Source: Escherichia coli (GTDB taxonomy: Bacteria; Pseudomonadota; Gammaproteobacteria; Enterobacterales; Enterobacteriaceae). From it: 12,071 bases of DNA. The position numbers and the translations under genes were made by a program. Location of the stretch: the NCBI RefSeq assembly GCF_003334335.1, contig NZ_QOWQ01000062.1. One strand, written 5' to 3'. Below are positions 7,004-12,071 of this stretch, piece by piece. How positions within the stretch are numbered: position 1 is the first letter of the stretch; every line of letters starts with the position of its first letter. The notes beneath the pieces are model-generated. The model ran no database searches and had not been told where the DNA came from. It saw nothing but the letters and a program-made list of their open reading frames with translations.

Positions 7004-7402
7004 TTATTTGTTCTGTTTTTTCTTGCGGGTTATTCTGATTTGTTTTGATTTGATTTTTTCTGACAAAAGTAGGGAAAAAATATGTCGCAAGTACTTTCTG
7101 TCTTTACCTCCTAAATTACATTCTCTATCAAATGTTGCCATAGTTATGACCCCAGTTTTATATAGTGTTTCAGCAATTTTTCTGTAGTTTTTTTCTCGCA
7201 AAATTGAAGAGTTTTTCTTTGCTGTATTTTCAAGGCTATCTCCTTGTGGTTTAAGACTATTTGGGCCAAAAAACGTTGTGGATACTGCTGCACTTGTTGT
7301 CCGTTTTTTTTGGCCCATTTGGATAGTACTTGGGAGAGGCATGATTTTAATACGCATATAAATAACTCCTCTATCAATTGGATTTTGGGAAAATGTTAAC
7401 AT
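7004..7402 (-). CDS. Hypothetical lysine-rich protein, translationally coupled to the upstream RHH gene; alternative internal start at 7357
   Basis: 132-codon ORF in a strongly AT-rich segment, which is unlikely by chance. Its ATG (7400-7402) overlaps the TAA of the upstream RHH gene (TAATG). Basic C-terminus IKSKQIRITRKKKQNK. No family recognised. Confidence 0.55.
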   Translation of the reverse strand: MLTFSQNPIDRGVIYMRIKIMPLPSTIQMGQKKRTTSAAVSTTFFGPNSLKPQGDSLENTAKKNSSILREKNYRKIAETLYKTGVITMATFDRECNLGGKDRKYLRHIFSLLLSEKIKSKQIRITRKKKQNK

Positions 7403-7719
7403 TAATCATGATTAAGGAGTAATTTTAAATCTTCCAATAAAATTTGTTTAAACTCTTGTGTTCTATGATCGATATACAACGCAAGTTTGCTTGCATTATC
7501 TTCCAGGTCACGTATCTCTCTGTCACCTCGAATAAACCCAACTAAATTTAAACGTTTAGATAGTTCAGAACTTCCTTCTATGGCATCTTGGAGTATTTGA
7601 ATGATTTCTGAATTCATTGAGCGCCCGTTTCGTTTGGCTCGTTCAGCTATAGCTTCACGCATCCCATCGGGGAAACGGAGGTTAAACTTATCGTAGTCTT
7701 TTACTTGTTTGTCAGCCAT
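7402..7719 (-). CDS. Mnt-like ribbon-helix-helix (Arc/MetJ fold) repressor with C-terminal extension
   Basis: From the ATG at 7717-7719: MADKQVKDYDKFNLRFPDGMREAIAERAKRNGRSMNSEIIQILQDAIEG resembles the P22 Arc/Mnt N-terminal domain (FNxRxP...NGRSMNSE). The track's longer start at 7749 lacks a Shine-Dalgarno. Confidence 0.7.
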   Translation of the reverse strand: MADKQVKDYDKFNLRFPDGMREAIAERAKRNGRSMNSEIIQILQDAIEGSSELSKRLNLVGFIRGDREIRDLEDNASKLALYIDHRTQEFKQILLEDLKLLLNHD

Positions 7720-7740
7720 TGGAACCCCCAAAAAAATGAA

Positions 7741-7810
7741 TGGTGCCATATTGCCACATCAATTCAATGGTGGCATTATGGCCTCATGGTGTCATTGTGG
7801 CCTCATGAGG
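7741..7810. promoter_or_regulatory. Divergent promoter/operator region with three ~19-bp tandem repeats between the two RHH genes
   Basis: TGGTGCCATATTGCCACA (7741-7758), TGGTGGCATTATGGCCTCA (7768-7786) and TGGTGTCATTGTGGCCTCA (7787-7805), plus palindrome CCTCATGAGG (7801-7810). These are likely RHH operator sites. Confidence 0.5.
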
Positions 7811-7818
7811 TTATGTCA

Positions 7819-7977
7819 ATGGAAAAGAAAGAGGTAAAAATTACCCTTCGCTATCCGCAAAAAGTGAAGGATGAATTCAAGCGAATTGCTCAGGAGGAAG
7901 GGATGTCTGAGAACGCAGCTATTGTTCAGGCGCTTGTATGGGCATTGAAATTTAGAGCACGGATACATGCTCGCTAG
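7819..7977 (+). CDS. Arc-like ribbon-helix-helix small repressor
   Basis: From the ATG at 7819 (GAGG 8 nt upstream): MEKKEVKITLRYPQKVKDEFKRIAQEEGMSENAAIVQALVWALK has the beta-strand then two helices typical of Arc/CopG. 52 aa, against 53 for P22 Arc. Directly upstream of the antirepressor. Confidence 0.6.
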   Translation: MEKKEVKITLRYPQKVKDEFKRIAQEEGMSENAAIVQALVWALKFRARIHAR

Positions 7978-8047
7978 AAACAGCGAAGCCCCACTGGCGG
8001 CAACCTTAGGGGCTTCTATCGAAAATAACCGCGAAGGAAATATCGAC

Positions 8048-8716
8048 ATGAGTATTGTAGCAACATCAGATCTGAACTTCCAAGGTGAAGCACTAGTGCC
8101 AGTGGCAAATATTGCCGGAATATGGCTAACTTCATCCAACCTAGCAAGAGCACTGAAGTATTCGAATAGTCGCGCAGTCACGATGATTTACAACAAATAT
8201 GCTGACGAATTTTCCAGTAGTATGACTAGAGTGCTTGAAGTCAGTACCTCAGAGAATGATGTCGAGGTACTTGATCTGAGTACCTCGAAAAGTACTCGAA
8301 ACTTGAAGAAGAAAGTACGTGTTTTCTCTCTCCGCGGAGCCCATTTGATCGCCATGTTCGCCCGCACTCCTGTAGCCAAAGAGTTCCGCCGTTGGGTTCT
8401 GGATATTCTCGATCGAGAAGTTCAACAATCCCCAATCATAAAACAATTCACTGATAACGAACTTTGCACACTTGCTTGGTTATGGCGAGCAGGGGATGTG
8501 ATGTTAACCGCCTGCCAGAATGTTACTCCACTTCTTCAGGTTGCGGAGCACCGCGAAGCTGGTCGCTTTACTTCTATCGGGCAAGAATATCCCCAGATAC
8601 TACATAAGGCGCGCGAAATCCTTGCCAGAGAAACGGCACATGTAAAACTCCAGCCTTGGCAGGATAATAAGTGGAGCAGGGTGTTGCCATATTTCCGTCA
8701 GAATCTGTTGCAATAA
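8048..8716 (+). CDS. ant: Phage antirepressor (Ant; AntA/Bro-N-like N-terminal domain)
   Basis: From the internal ATG at 8048 (GAAGGAAA Shine-Dalgarno): MSIVATSDLNFQGEALVPVANIAGIWLTSSNLARALKY...KKVRVFSLRGAHLIAMFARTPVAKEFRRWVLDIL has Bro-N/AntA-like motifs. It follows the Arc-like gene as in P22 immI. Confidence 0.65.
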   Translation: MSIVATSDLNFQGEALVPVANIAGIWLTSSNLARALKYSNSRAVTMIYNKYADEFSSSMTRVLEVSTSENDVEVLDLSTSKSTRNLKKKVRVFSLRGAHLIAMFARTPVAKEFRRWVLDILDREVQQSPIIKQFTDNELCTLAWLWRAGDVMLTACQNVTPLLQVAEHREAGRFTSIGQEYPQILHKAREILARETAHVKLQPWQDNKWSRVLPYFRQNLLQ

Positions 8717-8735
8717 AGTCACTAGTTAGAAATAC

Positions 8736-8776
8736 TGCCAGCATTCTACGATAACGGAAGTGCTGGCATTTTTTGG
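8736..8776 (+). terminator. Rho-independent terminator downstream of ant
   Basis: Stem TGCCAGCA (8736-8743) / TGCTGGCA (8761-8768), followed by TTTTTT (8769-8775). Confidence 0.6.
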
Positions 8777-8954
8777 GGTAATGTGCGAGTCCATTTCATA
8801 AAATACGGGTGCTGTAAACTGGACGAAATAATCTAAAAGATACCATTACCAGTAGCATTTAAATCGCTATGTGCCGATACGGATAAAATTATATTGATTG
8901 TTCACATACCTTATTGGATATTACTGAGGGGTATTTATATAAGGTGTAACGATA

Positions 8955-9461
8955 ATGTGGAACTTTGACAGTGCCGACTTAAGTGCAATAGCAGCAGGCA
9001 TTTCTGCGTTTGGCACATTAGCCGCAGCGGGGTCGGCGCTTGCAAGTTGGTACACGTCAAAACAAGCGCTGCAGCTACAAAATAGAGTTTACCTTTATGA
9101 GTCTTTAAAGGCTTGCGCTGAGAGAGCCAATACATCAGCTAAAGATAAGCGCGGATCTGAATGGAGCGTTAATGATGCAGCGGATATCATCAGGTGCCTG
9201 GTACGGGCGATGGAGATCATCAAGCAGGATAGCCAGCAGAAAGAAGGTAATCAGGCATTAATGTTGAAACAGTACTTTGTTAATCTGCTAATAATGGAAC
9301 TGTACGAGGAAGTTCATAACGGTGATGCGGCTGTTTCTGTTTTTAAAAGTACGGAACCTACACAAGTACTTGATAACTTATGGAACAAATGGCAGGAGGC
9401 TATAGCTTTTTTTGATATTTGGAATTACCCAGTTGTGACTGAGGAAGACTTGGCAGACTAA
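8955..9461 (+). CDS. Hypothetical protein with a predicted N-terminal transmembrane helix (moron-like)
   Basis: 168-aa ORF with AAGGTG Shine-Dalgarno. The N-terminus LSAIAAGISAFGTLAAAGSALASWY is hydrophobic; the remainder is hydrophilic. Preceded by about 180 bp of AT-rich non-coding DNA after a terminator. No family recognised. Confidence 0.6.
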   Translation: MWNFDSADLSAIAAGISAFGTLAAAGSALASWYTSKQALQLQNRVYLYESLKACAERANTSAKDKRGSEWSVNDAADIIRCLVRAMEIIKQDSQQKEGNQALMLKQYFVNLLIMELYEEVHNGDAAVSVFKSTEPTQVLDNLWNKWQEAIAFFDIWNYPVVTEEDLAD

Positions 9462-9655
9462 TTTTCAGCACATTTGATTTCCCATAATCAACCAGCCATA
9501 ATCATGCCATTGGAGCTTGAACAACTCCGGTGACTTCTGCGCTAAACGGGGACGTTTATGCGCACATACAATCTAAACTCTCTTCTCCCTTCACAGATGC
9601 AGAAATGCATCTGCGATTCTCTGCATCCAACGTTTGACCTCTGCGGAGGTGAAGC

Positions 9656-10111
9656 GTGAACCTCCCACAAGACGGCATCAAATTACATCGCGGCAACTTC
9701 ACCGCTATCGGCCAGCAGATCCAGCCTTATCTGGAGGACGGAAAATGCTTTCGCATGGTGCTTAAACCGTGGCGTGAGAAACGCAGTCTTTCCCAGAATG
9801 CACTCAGCCACATGTGGTACAGCGAAATCAGTGAATACCTCATCAGCAGGGGGAAATCGTTCGCTACCGCAGCATGGGTAAAAGATGCTCTCAAACACAC
9901 ATACCTCGGTTATGAAACCAAGGACCTGGTTGATGTCGTAACCGGCGAAATCACTACTATCCAATCGTTACGCCATACCTCCGATCTTGATACCGGAGAG
10001 ATGTATGTCTTCCTGTGTAAGGTTGAAGCCTGGGCGATGAATATTGGCTGCCACCTGACTATTCCGCAGAGCTGCGAGTTCCAGCTGCTGCGCGACAAGC
10101 AGGAGGCGTAA
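9656..10111 (+). CDS. ybcN: NinB/YbcN-family protein (DLP12 YbcN-like, recombination or DNA-binding)
   Basis: GTG start at 9656 with a strong GGAGG Shine-Dalgarno. The protein [58 protein letters not shown]... is what I recall as DLP12 YbcN, and it carries a NinB-like RSLSQN motif. Confidence 0.7.
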   Translation: MNLPQDGIKLHRGNFTAIGQQIQPYLEDGKCFRMVLKPWREKRSLSQNALSHMWYSEISEYLISRGKSFATAAWVKDALKHTYLGYETKDLVDVVTGEITTIQSLRHTSDLDTGEMYVFLCKVEAWAMNIGCHLTIPQSCEFQLLRDKQEA

Positions 10112-10281
10112 TGGCTACACCGCTTATTCGTGTCATGAACGGACACATCTACAGAGTACCAAATAGTCGTAAGCGTAAGCCTGAGCTGAAACCATCCGAA
10201 ATACCAACACTGCTCGGATATACCGCCAGCCTGGTTGATAAAAAATGGTTGCGACTGGCAGCAAGGAGGAATCATGGCTGA
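10111..10281 (+). CDS. ninE: NinE-like small protein
   Basis: Not in the ORF track (56 aa). ATG at 10111 overlaps the ybcN stop. Translation [56 protein letters not shown] resembles lambda/DLP12 NinE. Confidence 0.65.
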   Translation: MATPLIRVMNGHIYRVPNSRKRKPELKPSEIPTLLGYTASLVDKKWLRLAARRNHG

Positions 10282-10564
10282 TTTGAGAAAAGCAGCGCGT
10301 GGTCGGGAATGCCAGGTAAGAATCCCTGGCGTATGTAATGGCAATCCTGAAACGTCAGTACTGGCACATATCCGGCTGGCTGGATTGTGCGGTACCGGTA
10401 TCAAACCGCCAGACCTGATTGCCACCATTGCATGTTCTGCCTGTCACGACGAAATCGACCGCCGCACACATTTTGTCGATGCTGAGTATGCAAAAGAATG
10501 CGCGCTGGAAGGTATGGCGAGAACACAGGTTATCTGGCTGAAAGGGGGGGTTATTAAGGCGTGA
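10274..10564 (+). CDS. ybcO: YbcO-like DUF1364 protein (Cys-rich, putative zinc-binding nuclease-like)
   Basis: From the ATG at 10274 (AGGAGGA Shine-Dalgarno): [64 protein letters not shown]; 96 aa. Sits between ninE and rusA as in DLP12. Confidence 0.7.
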   Translation: MADLRKAARGRECQVRIPGVCNGNPETSVLAHIRLAGLCGTGIKPPDLIATIACSACHDEIDRRTHFVDAEYAKECALEGMARTQVIWLKGGVIKA

Positions 10565-10923
10565 ATACCTACAGCATCACATTACCCTGGCCTCCGAGCA
10601 ATAATCGCTATTACCGCCATAATCGCGGGCGCACGCACATCAGCGCAGAGGGGCAGGCATACCGCGATAACGTCGCCCGAATCATTAAAAACGCAATGCT
10701 GGATATCGGCCTGGCTATTCCTGTGAAAATCCGCATTGAGTGCCACATGCCGGATCGCCGTCGCCGTGACCTGGATAATCTGCAAAAAGCCGCTTTTGAC
10801 GCACTCACTAAAGCAGGTTTCTGGCTGGATGATGCTCAGGTCGTTGATTACCGCGTTGTGAAGATGCCTGTTACCAAAGGTGGGAGGCTGGAACTGACCA
10901 TCACCGAAATGGGGAATGAATGA
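10561..10923 (+). CDS. rusA: RusA Holliday junction resolvase
   Basis: [100 protein letters not shown]... matches E. coli RusA. GTG start overlapping the ybcO stop. Confidence 0.9.
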   Translation: MNTYSITLPWPPSNNRYYRHNRGRTHISAEGQAYRDNVARIIKNAMLDIGLAIPVKIRIECHMPDRRRRDLDNLQKAAFDALTKAGFWLDDAQVVDYRVVKMPVTKGGRLELTITEMGNE

Positions 10924-11060
10924 TGTTTGAGTTTAATATGGCAGAACTTCTTCGCCACCGCTGGGGGCGTCTGCGCTTATATCGTTTCCCCGGTTCTGTT
11001 TTGACCGATTACCGAATACTGAAGAATTACGCCAAAACACTGACAGGAGCAGGAGTATGA
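10923..11060 (+). CDS. ylcG: YlcG-like small protein (45 aa)
   Basis: Not in the ORF track. ATG at 10923 overlaps the rusA TGA. Translation [45 protein letters not shown]. Same position (rusA to Q) as ylcG in DLP12. Confidence 0.55.
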   Translation: MFEFNMAELLRHRWGRLRLYRFPGSVLTDYRILKNYAKTLTGAGV

Positions 11061-11145
11061 AGTCAGAGATAACAATCAACTAATACTGTTTTGTTGATTT
11101 TTGCTTGTAATTGGCGTTCTGGTCTGAGTTTTGTGGAGTAAGTTG

Positions 11146-11526
11146 ATGCGTGATATTCAGATGGTTCTTGAGCGTTGGGGAGCGTGGGCTGCAAGTGGTA
11201 ACACCGGGGTGGACTATTCTCCGATCGCTGCCGGATTCAAAGGACTTTTACCATCTGCCACTAAACCACGTCCGGCCTGCTGCGATGATGACGGACTTAT
11301 CATTGAAAACTGTCTTGCTCGTCTGAAGCAGAAAAAACCTGAGGAGTATTCGCTTCTCATTGCTCATTATTTGTTGCGAATATCAAAAAGACAGATAGCC
11401 AGGACGAGAAAGAAAAGCGAAAAAGCAATACGAATTGAGATGCAGATAGCCGAAGGGTTTATTGACGGATGTTTGTCTGTGCTGGGGGTAAGACTGGAGA
11501 TGGACGACTGGCTGCTAAAAAAGTAA
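11146..11526 (+). CDS. Q: Late antiterminator Q (QuuD/phage 82-type)
   Basis: From the ATG at 11146 (GGAG Shine-Dalgarno): MRDIQMVLERWGAWAASGNTGVDYSPIAAGFKGLLPSATKPRPACCDDDGLIIENC... resembles DLP12 QuuD. Followed by a tR'-type terminator. Confidence 0.8.
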   Translation: MRDIQMVLERWGAWAASGNTGVDYSPIAAGFKGLLPSATKPRPACCDDDGLIIENCLARLKQKKPEEYSLLIAHYLLRISKRQIARTRKKSEKAIRIEMQIAEGFIDGCLSVLGVRLEMDDWLLKK

Positions 11527-11593
11527 AAAATGATTAGTGCGGTCCGCAAAAAGTATGTCAGTATGTTAAGAGTGGTTACTTCGCCACACAGCT

Positions 11594-11620
11594 TAAACCC
11601 GCCGCGAGCGGGTTTTTTTA
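11594..11620 (+). terminator. Strong rho-independent terminator (tR'-like), probable end of the short PR' transcript that Q reads through
   Basis: AAACCCGC-CGCG-AGCGGGTTTTTTT at about 11594-11620: GC-rich stem followed by a 7-T run, about 70 nt downstream of the Q stop. Confidence 0.8.
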
Positions 11621-11741
11621 TGGCTGAAATCGGTCCAGTACAGTAAACGTGCTGGTGGCGGTGAATACCTGTCTTTCAGCTTGCTGGCTTTTTCGACAAG
11701 AGTTATTGGTGTGTCACGTTAACCGGAAAAGGGAAAAAGAC

Positions 11742-11939
11742 ATGCTAAAACAGCAGGATATGACAGAAACCGCCAGAGTGGTGTTTAATGAATTAAGTGC
11801 CACCGAACCGGCGACAGTCGGGGAGATTGCGCAGAATACTTACCTTTCACGCGAACGCTGCCAGTTAATACTGACCCAGCTGGTTATGGCGGGTCTGGCA
11901 GACTATCAGTTCGGTTGTTACAGACGCCTTCCGCAGTGA
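11742..11939 (+). CDS. Hypothetical small protein (65 aa) in the post-Q late-region moron position
   Basis: ATG at 11742 within track ORF 11649..11939. Translation MLKQQDMTETARVVFNELSATEPATVGEIAQNTYLSRERCQLILTQLVMAGLADYQFGCYRRLPQ. An intrinsic terminator overlaps its stop codon. Confidence 0.45.
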   Translation: MLKQQDMTETARVVFNELSATEPATVGEIAQNTYLSRERCQLILTQLVMAGLADYQFGCYRRLPQ

Positions 11940-11951
11940 AGGCTTTTTTAT
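11926..11951 (+). terminator. Rho-independent terminator overlapping the stop of the small ORF
   Basis: Stem GCCTTC (11926-11931) / GAAGGC (11938-11943) with a 6-nt loop, followed by TTTTTTAT. Confidence 0.55.
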
Positions 11952-12071
11952 TTGTGGTAAATGGGCGGCTGGTGGGTGTGGTGGTTGTTGCTTTCCCGTT
12001 GCTGAAAAAGAAAGCATCAGGCGATTAGCAGGGTATCAGTTACCCGTTGAAATTTTTAAATACCTCACAAT

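Noticed and set aside
6864-7187. + strand 107-aa ORF in the AT-rich segment after ren
   Set aside because: Overlaps the ren 3' end and is antisense to the lysine-rich - strand ORF. Its F/L/C-rich product is what an antisense read of AAA-rich codons gives, and it has no convincing Shine-Dalgarno.
7144-7377. 77-aa - strand ORF in another frame of the 7004..7402 gene
   Set aside because: Alternative frame; the stop-start coupled frame is preferred.
7816-8446. - strand ORFs 7816..8181, 8188..8379, 8241..8435 and 8249..8446
   Set aside because: Antisense to the Arc-like and ant genes.
8935-9135. 66-aa - strand ORF
   Set aside because: Antisense to the 168-aa ORF, which has a Shine-Dalgarno and coherent hydropathy.
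9683-10428. - strand ORFs 9683..9964 and 9910..10428
   Set aside because: Antisense to ybcN, ninE and ybcO, which are recognisable nin-region genes in tight overlap.
10582-10808. - strand ORFs within rusA
   Set aside because: Antisense to RusA, which matches the known protein.
11527-11593. Exact -35/-10 of the late PR' promoter and qut site
   Set aside because: Could not identify a convincing sigma70 consensus by eye; only the terminator is called. The promoter may overlap the Q 3' end.
1-12071. tRNA genes, integrase or att sites, and lysis genes
   Set aside because: No cloverleaf-like sequences, integrase-like ORFs or holin/endolysin ORFs were found; the window ends before the lysis cassette.

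Overview
This window is a contiguous stretch of a lambda-like (lambdoid, mosaic) prophage, most likely enterobacterial, running from the recombination genes through the immunity region, replication module and nin region to the late antiterminator Q. Leftward (- strand) genes are bet (partial), gam, a small kil-position gene, then the immunity region: a PL/OL-like operator-promoter, a terminator, and a cI-led operon (LexA/S24-type CI repressor followed by two AT-rich accessory genes). Rightward (+ strand) genes are a cro-like gene, a CII-like (YdaT-type) gene, O with internal iteron origin, P and ren (both essentially lambda), then an AT-rich insertion carrying a P22 immI-like module (Mnt-like and Arc-like ribbon-helix-helix proteins plus an antirepressor) and an unknown partner gene, an unknown membrane-anchored protein, a DLP12-like nin region (ybcN/ninB-family, ninE, ybcO-like, rusA, ylcG-like), Q (QuuD-like), a tR'-type terminator and a small unknown late-region gene. 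No phage N gene is present. The most interesting element is the two-gene cassette in the position lambda uses for rexA-rexB: a HipA-like kinase-fold protein translationally coupled to a DUF3037-like protein, a candidate lysogen-expressed exclusion or abortive-infection system. All protein identities are from reading the translations against remembered family sequences; no database search was run.
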